Below the pieces are notes generated by a model, which saw nothing but the letters and a program-made list of their open reading frames with translations, did not search any database and had not been told where the DNA came from. This document shows positions 44,562 through 53,510 of a stretch of 64,000 bases of DNA, in pieces. Source of the DNA: Dehalococcoidia bacterium (GTDB taxonomy: Bacteria; Chloroflexota; Dehalococcoidia; Lucifugimonadales; UBA3495). The stretch is from positions 422,748-486,747 of the forward strand of contig OY843611.1 in NCBI GenBank assembly GCA_963692995.1. Direction: 5' to 3'. Every line of letters starts with the position of its first letter. The first letter of the stretch is position 1. Both the position numbers and the translations under genes were made by a program.

Positions 44562-45983
44562 TTACACTCCCGGCGGCCGACGTTCTCCCCAATCCGTCGC
44601 CTGCTCGTAGGCGTGGGCGACGCGGAACAGCGTCGTTTCATCAAACGCCTTGCCCGCGATCTGGAGGCCGATGGGCAGGCCGGATGCGGTAAAGCCGCAG
44701 TTGATGGACAAAGCCGGCAGATTAGCCAGGTTGAATGGCGCGGTGAACCCACGACGGCCCTTGAAACCGGCTATAACGTCCGCCTTGGCGCCCAGGCCGC
44801 TTGACTGAGGTATCAACGTGGCCGGGACGGAAGACGCCGGCATCACCAGTACGTCCACATCCGCCAAGGCGGCAAGGATCTGACGACGGAGGACATCACG
44901 CAAGCGCATGGACTTCTGATACACCCGGGCCGGGAGGATGCTGCCCATCAACAGCCGCACCTGGTTGTTGTGGTCCAACTCACGCAGTCGCTCGGTGGAA
45001 ATGATGTCCCAGTTCAGCATGGCCGCATCGCTGCTGATGATGCCATAGGAGATTTCCGAGGAGTTGACGATCAAGGGTATGGACACTTCTCGAACTTCCG
45101 CACCCAGGCCAGCCAGCGCCGCCGTCGCCGCGATCACCGCGTCGCGCACCTCGGGATCGTTGGCGTCGGTGTGGACACGCTCCGTAATGACGCCGACCTT
45201 CAGGCCGCCGATGTTGCCGTCCAGCGCAGCGGCGTAGTCCGGTACTGGGACCTCCCACGTCTGCGGATCCTTGGGGTCGTGGCCGGCGATAGCGGCCAGG
45301 GTGTTGGCGCAGTCCGCAACGGTGCGGGAGACCGGGCCGGCCGTGTCCATAGACCAACTGGCGCCGAATACCCCGTGGCGGCTGACCAGGCCGAAGGTAG
45401 GGCGAATGCCCACCAGTCCGCAGAAGGCGGCGGGGCCACGGATGCTGCCGCCGGTATCCTCGCCCAGGGAGGTGGCGCAAAGGAAGGCCGCCGTGGCTGC
45501 TCCGGAGCCGCTGCTGGAGGTGCCGGGGTTGCGTGCGGTATCCCAGGGGTTGCGCGGCCGGCCGTAGGGATGCCGGAAAGCGTCGCCACTGGCGTACTCG
45601 CTCATGTTGAGCTTGCCCAGCAGAACGGCGCCGGCGTCGCGCAGGCGGGCCATGATGGTGGCGTCCTCGTCGGGTACGTTTTCGGCCAGGATGGTAGAAC
45701 CGTTGGTGGTGACGATGCCGGCGGTGTTGAACTGATCCTTGACGGCTACGGGCACGCCGTGCAGGGGCCCGCGTCGGTTGCCGGCGGCAATTTCGGCGTC
45801 GGCGCGGCGGGCATCTTCGCGAGCCCGGTCGGCAGTCACCGTGATGTAGGATGCGTAGTTGCCATCCAACCGGGCAATTCTTTCCAGGTACACCTCGGTG
45901 GCGTCAACCGATGATATATCGCCGGCGGCGATGCGCTCGCCGAGTTCGGTGGCGGAGAGGTAGCAAAGGTTGGGGTCTGCCAT
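44562..45983 (-). CDS. amidase (amidase-signature family)
   Basis: Start at ATG 45983 (GGAGG upstream). GVPVAVKDQF...GTSSSGSGAATAA...GEDTGGSIRGPAAFCGLVGIRPTFG. Confidence 0.9.
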   Translation of the reverse strand: MADPNLCYLSATELGERIAAGDISSVDATEVYLERIARLDGNYASYITVTADRAREDARRADAEIAAGNRRGPLHGVPVAVKDQFNTAGIVTTNGSTILAENVPDEDATIMARLRDAGAVLLGKLNMSEYASGDAFRHPYGRPRNPWDTARNPGTSSSGSGAATAAFLCATSLGEDTGGSIRGPAAFCGLVGIRPTFGLVSRHGVFGASWSMDTAGPVSRTVADCANTLAAIAGHDPKDPQTWEVPVPDYAAALDGNIGGLKVGVITERVHTDANDPEVRDAVIAATAALAGLGAEVREVSIPLIVNSSEISYGIISSDAAMLNWDIISTERLRELDHNNQVRLLMGSILPARVYQKSMRLRDVLRRQILAALADVDVLVMPASSVPATLIPQSSGLGAKADVIAGFKGRRGFTAPFNLANLPALSINCGFTASGLPIGLQIAGKAFDETTLFRVAHAYEQATDWGERRPPGV

Positions 45984-45985
45984 TG

Positions 45986-46186
45986 TCACGCCTCCATCTT
46001 GCGCGCTGTGGGAGAAACGATGATGGGCAACGGCTCGACGTTGGCTACGTCGGGCTCGGTGACGGCGTCCAGCGCTTCCAGCAGGCCGTTCAGCGATTCC
46101 CGCACTTCCGGCAGCAAATCGTCGGGGATGTTGATGCCCGAGGCGTTGGCCAAAGCCCGCACCTCTGCGTTCGTTAGGTCGGCCAA
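45986..46186 (-). CDS. GatC-like / AtzG-like small subunit
   Basis: TTG start with GGAGGTG upstream. 66 aa: LTNAEVRALANASGINIPDDLLPEVRESLNGLLEALDAVTEPDVANVEPLP follows the GatC pattern. Its stop lies 2 nt before the amidase ATG. Confidence 0.6.
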   Translation of the reverse strand: MADLTNAEVRALANASGINIPDDLLPEVRESLNGLLEALDAVTEPDVANVEPLPIIVSPTARKMEA

Positions 46187-46292
46187 GATTGCACCTCCGG
46201 CGACGGCGTTTCACGGTTCGTTGGCAAATCTCAAATGCACGCTCGGAATGCGTACCTGGGTGCCGCGATTGTAGCCGTCGGCCAGAACCGAT

Positions 46293-46346
46293 TCAACCCG
46301 GGTTCACGGCTCAACCCGGGTTTACGGCTCAACTCGGGTTCACCGC
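46293..46346. repeat. 18-bp tandem repeat x3
   Basis: TCAACCCGGGTTCACGGC / TCAACCCGGGTTTACGGC / TCAACTCGGGTTCACCGC, in a divergent intergenic region. Confidence 0.85.
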
Positions 46347-46446
46347 CGGGGAATAAGGCCCCTTGCCGGCGGCGTTCAACCCCCTCTGCTAGAATGCCTT
46401 TACCTTCCCCAACTCTGTTGGGTGATCGAGCTAGGAGATGACCAAG

Positions 46447-47382
46447 ATGGCAAAGGTTGGTTTTATCGGGTTGGGCACGATGGGCGCCAGCATGGCGTAC
46501 AACTGCCAGCGCGGCGGCAACGCTATGGTGGTGCATGACATCCGGCGGGAGGCGGCGACCCAGCACCTCGAGGCTGGGGCGGTATGGGCCGACACGCCCC
46601 GAGAGGTGGCGGAGTCGACCGATGTTGTGTTCACGTCACTCCCCGGGCCGGTGGAGGTGGAGGCGGTGTCGCTGGGGGAGGACGGCATCATGTCCGGTAT
46701 GTCGGCGGGCAAGACCTATTTCGATCTCAGCACCAGTTCGCCGACGCTGATCCGGCAGATCCACGCCCGCGTCGCGCCCCAGGGCATCAATGTGCTGGAC
46801 GCGCCGGTCAGCGGCGGGCCGGCCGGCGCGGCCAGCGGACGTCTCGCCATTTGGGTCGGCGGCGACCAGGCCGTATTCGACCAGCACAAAGCCGTGCTCG
46901 ATTCCATCGGCGACGCCGCCTATTACGTGGGCCCCATCGGCAGCGGCTCCGTCGCCAAGCTGGTACACAACTGCGCCGGCTACATCGTGCAGACGGCGCT
47001 GGCCGAGGTGTTCACCATGGGCATCAAGGCGGGAGTGGATCCGCTGGCCCTGTGGCTGGCGGTGCGCAAGGGCGCCGGCGGACGTCGGGGGATGTTCGAG
47101 GGCCTGGCCCAGCACTTCCTGATCAACGACTACGATCCGCCGGACTTTGCCCTGCGCCTGGCCCGCAAGGACGTTGACCTGGCGGTGGCCGTGGGACGAG
47201 AGTTCGACGTGCCGATGAAGCTGGCCAACACCACGCTGGCCGAAATGACGGAGGCCATGAACCGCGGCTGGGCTGGTCGCGACTCCAGAGTGGCCATGCT
47301 GCTCCAGCAGGAGCGGGCCGGCGTCGAAGTCGGTATCGACCCGGACGCGCTACAGCGGGCGCTGGAGGAGCAGGGGGGCTAG
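46447..47382 (+). CDS. NAD(P)-dependent oxidoreductase, 3-hydroxyisobutyrate/6-phosphogluconate dehydrogenase-like
   Basis: MAKVGFIGLGTMGASMA (GxGxxG) and the HIBADH-type body. AGGAG lies 9 nt upstream of ATG 46447. ATG 46438 is an alternative start. Confidence 0.85.
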   Translation: MAKVGFIGLGTMGASMAYNCQRGGNAMVVHDIRREAATQHLEAGAVWADTPREVAESTDVVFTSLPGPVEVEAVSLGEDGIMSGMSAGKTYFDLSTSSPTLIRQIHARVAPQGINVLDAPVSGGPAGAASGRLAIWVGGDQAVFDQHKAVLDSIGDAAYYVGPIGSGSVAKLVHNCAGYIVQTALAEVFTMGIKAGVDPLALWLAVRKGAGGRRGMFEGLAQHFLINDYDPPDFALRLARKDVDLAVAVGREFDVPMKLANTTLAEMTEAMNRGWAGRDSRVAMLLQQERAGVEVGIDPDALQRALEEQGG

Positions 47383-47437
47383 AGAACATCGATGTTACAA
47401 TGAAGGGCAATCCGCACTTGCTGCTCGGGACCTGGTT

Positions 47438-48628
47438 ATGATCATAACCCGCCTGAAACTGGAAAACTGGCGCAACTTCACCGAAGTTGACATCCCCCTG
47501 CGCGACCGCGCCTTTATCATAGGCCCCAATGCGTCGGGCAAGTCTAACTTGCTCGACGCGATTCGTTTTTTGAGAGATGTGGCGAAACGCGAAGGTGGCG
47601 GCTTGCAGGCCGCGGTTTTGAGGCGCGGTGGAGTACGTCAAATCCGTAGCCTGTCGTCTCACTCCAGTTCGGGCGTGTGCATTGAAGTGCAGCTGAGCCG
47701 CGATGCCGGCGAACTTGTCGAGTGGACATATCGGCTGGCATTTACCGTTGAGCGCTCTGGTAACCATCGCATCCTGGTGCAGGAAGAGACGGTCAAGCAC
47801 AATGGCGAAACTTTGCTGCGGCGTCCCGACCAAGACGACAAACACGATACGGAACGGCTTACCGCTACTGCGCTGGAACAAATCAACGTTAACCGACCGT
47901 TCCGAGACATCGCCGAGTTTTTTGACGAAGTCACGTACCTGCACCTGGTTCCGCAACTGGTCCGCCACGGCAACGAAATCAGTGGCAACCGGCTGGAAAA
48001 CGACCCTTTCGGGCAAGGTTTTCTGGAGCGAATCGCCGCTACCAATAGCAAGACTCGGCAAAGCCGTTTGACGAGGATAGCAATTGCTCTGTCGCACATT
48101 GTACCGCAACTCAAGGAAATTACCTTTGAACGCGACGATACTACAGGCCAACCTCACCTCAAAGCCCGTTTCGACAACTGGCGGGCCAATGACGTCTGGC
48201 AACGCGAAGACCAACTCTCTGACGGAACGCTTCGTCTGACTGGACTATTCTGGTCCTTGCTGGAGCGGGGTGGATTGCTGCTTTTGGAAGAACCGGAGAT
48301 TTCCTTGAACCGCGATATTATACTGAGACTGGCTGGATTGATTTACAAATTAAGCCGTCCCGCCCGGCGTCGGCGTGGCGGAGAACGTCATAGTGAACGT
48401 CGCCAAGTAATACTGACTACTCATAGTTCTGATCTCTTGTGCGACCAGGGCATAGACGGCTGGGAAGTAATCTACATTACCCCAGGGAAAGACGGTTCAA
48501 TCGTGCAGACTATGGCGGATGACCTAGGAATGCGTCAGGTATTGGAATCAGGCGTGATGCCCGGCGAGATTGCTCCGTTCAGTGGGGAAGGTTATCAGCT
48601 GCCTATGGACCGGGGACTTACCGGCTAG
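47438..48628 (+). CDS. ABC/SMC-type AAA ATPase (AAA_21/OLD-N-terminal-like)
   Basis: Walker A GPNASGKS (res 29-36), signature-like LSDGTLRL, Walker B LLLLEEPE, H-loop ILTTHSSD. AT-richer than flanks. Confidence 0.8.
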   Translation: MIITRLKLENWRNFTEVDIPLRDRAFIIGPNASGKSNLLDAIRFLRDVAKREGGGLQAAVLRRGGVRQIRSLSSHSSSGVCIEVQLSRDAGELVEWTYRLAFTVERSGNHRILVQEETVKHNGETLLRRPDQDDKHDTERLTATALEQINVNRPFRDIAEFFDEVTYLHLVPQLVRHGNEISGNRLENDPFGQGFLERIAATNSKTRQSRLTRIAIALSHIVPQLKEITFERDDTTGQPHLKARFDNWRANDVWQREDQLSDGTLRLTGLFWSLLERGGLLLLEEPEISLNRDIILRLAGLIYKLSRPARRRRGGERHSERRQVILTTHSSDLLCDQGIDGWEVIYITPGKDGSIVQTMADDLGMRQVLESGVMPGEIAPFSGEGYQLPMDRGLTG

Positions 48629-48632
48629 CCGT

Positions 48633-49247
48633 ATGTCCCTTACCTTGGGAGTAGAGGACATATTGTCCGAATCGGTTGCCAAACGGCTGATTGCCGAATA
48701 CGCTCCCAACGTTCAGATTTTGGAAACGTTGGGTTTGCGGGGCAATCGTGCACTCAGACGGAGTTTGCGCCCGTTGAATGAGATTGCCATTTACCAGCGG
48801 CCGGCGCTGATTTTCACCGACTTGGACCGTCCGCAATCCTGTCCACCGGCCTTGCTGAGGGATTGGACGCAAGGCTTGACAATTTCCTCTCAACTGATGA
48901 TCAGGGTTGCGGTGCTGGAAATTGAAGCCTGGCTGCTCGCTGACCGGGTAGGTGTCGCGCAATGGCTGTCAGTTGCGGCTAGCCGTGTGCCGGACAACCC
49001 TGAAGGTATTTCTGATCCGAAGCGTACACTGATTGAACTGGCCAGTCGCAGTCGCAACCGCCATTTGCGAGAGGCTATCGTTCCGCGTCGCGGGACCGGC
49101 ACACACCAAGTCGGTCCAGGTTATAACCAGTCCGTAGGTGAATTTGCGTCACAATTCTGGAATCCGGAAACCGCCCGTAGCCATGCGCCCAGCCTTAACC
49201 GCGCCATCATTCGCATCGCGGAACTGTCTGTTAACCCGATGCGCTAA
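48633..49247 (+). CDS. TOPRIM-like DUF4276/DUF4435-type protein
   Basis: Starts 4 nt after the ATPase stop. LGVEDILSE (acidic N-terminal strand), IFTDLD and VLEIEAWLLAD match the pattern I recall for DUF4276. 204 aa. Confidence 0.6.
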   Translation: MSLTLGVEDILSESVAKRLIAEYAPNVQILETLGLRGNRALRRSLRPLNEIAIYQRPALIFTDLDRPQSCPPALLRDWTQGLTISSQLMIRVAVLEIEAWLLADRVGVAQWLSVAASRVPDNPEGISDPKRTLIELASRSRNRHLREAIVPRRGTGTHQVGPGYNQSVGEFASQFWNPETARSHAPSLNRAIIRIAELSVNPMR

Positions 49248-50713
49248 TCTGCCGCCGCTTCCCACCGCAACACCGGGCGTCGCGCCGCCGTAGCCTCGTC
49301 CAGTCGGGATACGGGCGTGGTGTGTGGTGCGCGTTGGACCGTTTCCGGCTCGCTGGTGGCCTCGGCGTCGATGGCCCGGAGGGCATCAATGAAGGCGTCT
49401 AGGGTTTCCCGGGTTTCCGACTCGGTGGGCTCGATCATCAGCGCCTCGTGGACGATGAGGGGGAAGTACATCGTTGGAGCGTGGAAACCGTAGTCCAGCA
49501 GGCGCTTGGCTACCTCTAGCCCGCTTACGCCACGCTCGCGCTGCCAGTCGGCGGAGAAGACCACCTCGTGCATACAGGCGCGGTCGTAGGGCAAGGCGTA
49601 AATGTCTTTCAAAGCGTGCATGATGTAGTTGGCGTTGAGCACGGCGTTTCCGCTGATGGAAAGGAGGCCGGCAGCGCCCAGCGTGCGGATGTAAGTGTAG
49701 GCGCGCACCAGCACGCCGAAGTTGCCGTGAAAGCCGCTGATTTTGCCGATGCTGTGCTCCGGCTCGGTCAGCGTGTATTTGCCGGCTGCGCTGCGCTCCA
49801 CCACCGGAGCTGCCAGGTAGGGGGCCAGGTTTTCGCCACAACACACCGGGCCAGCGCCCGGGCCGCCGCCGCCGTGGGGCGTGCTGAAGGTCTTGTGCAG
49901 GTTCAGATGACAAACGTCAAAGCCCAGCTCGCCCAGCTTGGCCCGCCCCAGCAGGGCGTTCATATTGGCGCCGTCTCCGTACACCAGCCCTCCGCAGTCG
50001 TGGACGATTTGGCACACCTCCAGGATATTGGTGTCAAAAAGGCCCAGAGTGCTGGGCAGGGTGATCATTACGCCGGCCAGGTCGTTCCCGGCCAGTTCGC
50101 GCAGAGCGGCCAGATCGGTATTGCCGTCGGCGTCGGACGGGATGGTGACCACGTCGAAACCGGCCATGGCTGCCGACGCCGGATTGGTGCCGTGGGCGCT
50201 GTCGGGGATACCCATTTTGGTACGTCCCCGGTCCCCCCTGTCCAGATGGTAGGCGCGCATCATCAACACGCCGCCCAACTCGCCGTGGGCTCCGGCCAGG
50301 GTGGCCAGACTGGTGGCGGCCATACCGGTCACCTCGGTCAGGAAACCCTGGAGACGGTACAGCAGATCCAGAGCGCCCTGGGATTGCTCGGCGGGCTGGT
50401 GAGGATGAATGCCGGCAAAGCCGGGCAGAAAGGCTACTTCGTCGTTGATCTTGGGGTTGTACTTCATGGTGCATGACCCAAGAGGATAGAAGTGAGTGTC
50501 GATGCTGAAGTTGAGCTGGCTTAGCGCGGTGAAATACTGCACTACCTCCGGCTCCGAAACTTCGGGCAAGGGCAGGTCGTCGCGCAGGTAGGCCCCGCTG
50601 GGCGGCGGCGCGACGGGCACGTCCAGCGCGGGCGTTATGACTCCCACTCTGCCGGGCACGCTCCGGTCCATCAGCAGCCTGGTGGTGTCTCGGTTTCCGC
50701 CTTTGTTCAGCAT
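49244..50713 (-). CDS. gcvPB: glycine dehydrogenase (aminomethyl-transferring) subunit 2
   Basis: YPLGSCTMKYNPKINDEV, and CHLNLHKTFSTPHGGGGPGAGP (PLP-lysine region). Confidence 0.92.
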   Translation of the reverse strand: MLNKGGNRDTTRLLMDRSVPGRVGVITPALDVPVAPPPSGAYLRDDLPLPEVSEPEVVQYFTALSQLNFSIDTHFYPLGSCTMKYNPKINDEVAFLPGFAGIHPHQPAEQSQGALDLLYRLQGFLTEVTGMAATSLATLAGAHGELGGVLMMRAYHLDRGDRGRTKMGIPDSAHGTNPASAAMAGFDVVTIPSDADGNTDLAALRELAGNDLAGVMITLPSTLGLFDTNILEVCQIVHDCGGLVYGDGANMNALLGRAKLGELGFDVCHLNLHKTFSTPHGGGGPGAGPVCCGENLAPYLAAPVVERSAAGKYTLTEPEHSIGKISGFHGNFGVLVRAYTYIRTLGAAGLLSISGNAVLNANYIMHALKDIYALPYDRACMHEVVFSADWQRERGVSGLEVAKRLLDYGFHAPTMYFPLIVHEALMIEPTESETRETLDAFIDALRAIDAEATSEPETVQRAPHTTPVSRLDEATAARRPVLRWEAAAD

Positions 50714-50748
50714 TGTTCCGGTTGCTCCTGTTGTCTAGGTGGCGATGC

Positions 50749-51024
50749 TCACCAGGTGGTCAGCGCTACCCACGCGCCCAAAGCGGCCACGATCACGCAG
50801 TCGGTGCAGAAACGGACGGTGGGAGTGATGGTTTCGGGTCGAATCGAGTTGACGAGGATGCTAATGGGTTCGATGGCGAGGCCGGCCAGCACCAGCAGGA
50901 TGCCGATTCCTTGCGCTTGCTCCGCGGGGATAGCATCCGATACATGGTACTGGATGAAAAGAAACCACAGGCCCAGCAGCATAGTGGGTATGTGCAGCGC
51001 GGATAACAGCTTGCGGGGGTCCAT
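50749..51024 (-). CDS. small membrane protein, hypothetical
   Basis: 91 aa with three hydrophobic segments, located between gcvPB and gcvPA. Confidence 0.5.
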   Translation of the reverse strand: MDPRKLLSALHIPTMLLGLWFLFIQYHVSDAIPAEQAQGIGILLVLAGLAIEPISILVNSIRPETITPTVRFCTDCVIVAALGAWVALTTW

Positions 51025-51228
51025 CGGGACGCCTCCTGGCCGTGGTTACTTTCGACACGGTTGTCATCCGCTGCCAGCTGTCAAGCTCTGGATTAGCGCG
51101 TCGGGCCCAACCACCGGCTGAATATGCCGGCGATTTCGCTCCGGAAGCGCCACAAGCCGACGATTGCGCGGAGCGCCGAAATCGGCATTCCCGAGTTTGT
51201 TGCGGTCGATCATGGTCTGATCCGGCCT

Positions 51229-51798
51229 CTAATGCCGGCCGCCGGCGAGGCGGCGCAGACGATCCCAAATCTGCTGGCCAAAGGCGCCTTGAATAGCTAG
51301 GATGGACATTACCACTGCCAGCCCGACAAAATAAGGCAAAGGCCCGGCCCAATCGAAAATCAACGGACTGCCCAGCACCACCCATACCCCAACGCAAGCC
51401 ACGGCGTATAAAACCAGCCGGCCGTACACCGCCCGGCGAATGAAGCGGTTGGTCTCGGCCAGGGCCTCCTCGTGGGTTGCGCCGTCCAGTCGAGCCAATT
51501 GGATCCGCGAACGGCGCAGGTATTGGGCCATTACCAACAGGGCAGCGACGGATGCCCCCAGGGTGGCCACCAGGCCAGCCCAGCACACGCCCATTATCGT
51601 CCAGCGAAGCCACGGCGTTTCGGTGATCCAGCCCAGAGAGTTAGCGATCATAATCGCCAGGAAGGTGACTGCGCTCGCCGCGATCAGCAGCAGGGCAGGA
51701 ACGGGCCTTATGGACCAACCGAAAACGCGGAACCGCCGGGCGTCGGCAACCCCCATGTCCTCCCAATCGTCCGCGTAGCTGGTGCGCAACCGTCTCAT
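51229..51798 (-). CDS. membrane protein, hypothetical
   Basis: 189 aa with four hydrophobic helices, immediately downstream of gcvPA. Confidence 0.6.
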   Translation of the reverse strand: MRRLRTSYADDWEDMGVADARRFRVFGWSIRPVPALLLIAASAVTFLAIMIANSLGWITETPWLRWTIMGVCWAGLVATLGASVAALLVMAQYLRRSRIQLARLDGATHEEALAETNRFIRRAVYGRLVLYAVACVGVWVVLGSPLIFDWAGPLPYFVGLAVVMSILAIQGAFGQQIWDRLRRLAGGRH

Positions 51799-51850
51799 CC
51801 GGCGACCACTCTTTTCTTGCCCAAGGTCGGGCCAACGCAGGGCGCGGTGA

Positions 51851-53176
51851 TTATTTCACCGCCTCCAGGCCGGCTACCAAGGCGTCAATATCAGCCCGGG
51901 AATTCATCTCGGTGACGCAGAGGAGCATCCCATTATCAAAGCGGTCGCTCACGTCCAGTCCGCCCAGGATGTTGCGTTCCATCAACTGGCGGTTGACCTC
52001 CGCCGGCGGTTTGGGACCTGAGATGACGAACTCCTGGAAAAACTCGCCCGACTGGGGCAGGGAGTATCCGTCCAGTTTCGCGATGCCGGCGGCGGCATAG
52101 TGGGCCTTGTGATAGCACAATTGGGCAACCTGCCGCAGGCCGTGCCGCCCCATGGCCGCCAGGTAGATGGCCGACGCCAGCGCGTACAGCGCTTCGTTGG
52201 TGCAGATGTTGGACGTGGCCCGCTCGCGACGGATGTGCTGCTCCCGGGTTTGCAGGGTGAGGACATAACCGGGGCGCCCCGCAGTATCGGTAGTGCGACC
52301 CACCAGGCGGCTGGGCATCTGGCGGATGTACTGCTGCTGGCAACTGAACAGCCCCAGGTAAGGGCCGCCAAACGAGGGCGGAATGCCTATGGGCTGTCCT
52401 TCGCCGGTTACGATGTCGGCGCCGAACTCTCCCGGGGGCCTCAGCATCCCCATAGCCAGCGGGTCGGCGGATACCGCGAGGAGCGCGCCGTCGTCGTGAG
52501 CGGCGGCGGCCAGGCCGGCCAGGTCGTCCAGCTCGCCGTAGAAATTGGGATACTGGGCCACGATGCCGGCAGTTGCCTCGGTAACGGCTCCGGGAGCGTC
52601 GGCGGCGGGCATGACGTCGATGGTGATGCCCTGGGCCTGGCAGTAAGTCGCAATCACCTGCCGGTAGGCGGGGTTCACGGTGTCGCTCACGATGACCTGC
52701 TGGCGTCGGGTGACGCGGCAGGCCATGAGCACGGCCTCGGCCAGGCTGGTGGCGCCGTCGTACATGCCGGCGTTGGCGACTTCCATGCCGTAAAGGGCGC
52801 TGATCATGGTCTGGAACTCGAAGATGACTTGCAGCGTACCCTGGGATACCTCGGGCTGATAGGGGGTGTACGCAGTGAGGAACTCGCCCCGGGTCATCAC
52901 CGCCTTGACGATGGCGGGAATGAAGTGGTGATAGCAGCCGGCGCCCAGGAAAGATGGGCCGCTGGCCAGCGGACGGTTGCGCGCCGCCAGTTCGCCCAAC
53001 TCCCGCTGGATTTCCAGCTCCGACATTGGCGCCGGCAGTTCCAGCGTCGGGTTGCGATAGCCGTCGGGGACGTCGGCGAACAGGTCATCAACCGCGCGCC
53101 GGCCGATGGCGGCCAGCAGTTCATCCTGCTCGGCGACGGTGTTGGGAATGTAGTGGGACTGGAAGTTGGTTACCAT
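51851..53176 (-). CDS. gcvPA: glycine dehydrogenase (aminomethyl-transferring) subunit 1
   Basis: Start at ATG 53176 (MVTNFQSHYIPNT...). FLGAGCYHHFIPAIV and LTAYTPYQPEVSQGTLQVIFEFQTMI. Confidence 0.92.
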   Translation of the reverse strand: MVTNFQSHYIPNTVAEQDELLAAIGRRAVDDLFADVPDGYRNPTLELPAPMSELEIQRELGELAARNRPLASGPSFLGAGCYHHFIPAIVKAVMTRGEFLTAYTPYQPEVSQGTLQVIFEFQTMISALYGMEVANAGMYDGATSLAEAVLMACRVTRRQQVIVSDTVNPAYRQVIATYCQAQGITIDVMPAADAPGAVTEATAGIVAQYPNFYGELDDLAGLAAAAHDDGALLAVSADPLAMGMLRPPGEFGADIVTGEGQPIGIPPSFGGPYLGLFSCQQQYIRQMPSRLVGRTTDTAGRPGYVLTLQTREQHIRRERATSNICTNEALYALASAIYLAAMGRHGLRQVAQLCYHKAHYAAAGIAKLDGYSLPQSGEFFQEFVISGPKPPAEVNRQLMERNILGGLDVSDRFDNGMLLCVTEMNSRADIDALVAGLEAVK

Positions 53177-53510
53177 TCGGGGTTGCTCCGTGACAATTGG
53201 CTCAATCATCCCAAGTAAAGGGTTGATCCGGGTCGGCGGCAATAGTTTGCGCGCGCCAGTTTGCTTTGTTCTTGAGGACTGTCAGACTTATTCTAACGCG
53301 AAATGCCTCGCCCCGTGTCGGCGCGTTACGTCCGGCGAGCCAGATGGTGTCTGTTGCTGATGGGTTGTAAATGTCTTGCAATAATCCGTTGGGCAGGCAC
53401 CGGGCAGAATCGATTCTAGGCGGTTCGGATGAGGATAGGCCGCGTCTTCCGCCGCCATGCGCAAGGCAGATTTGCCCACCTGCTCAATGATGTCAGGATT
53501 AGCCCGAAGG

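Noticed and set aside
44562-46186. Interpretation as gatC-gatA of the tRNA amidotransferase
   Set aside because: There is no gatB. The amidase lacks GatA-specific stretches (NMDEFAMGSS, PGGSSGGSAAAVA). The small protein is shorter than GatC. An AtzG/AtzE-like catabolic amidase is more consistent.
47123-48214. 363-aa minus-strand ORF
   Set aside because: Antisense to the dehydrogenase 3' end and the ATPase gene. The plus-strand product has clear Walker motifs and this one has none.
52100-53218. 372-aa plus-strand ORF
   Set aside because: Antisense shadow of gcvPA.
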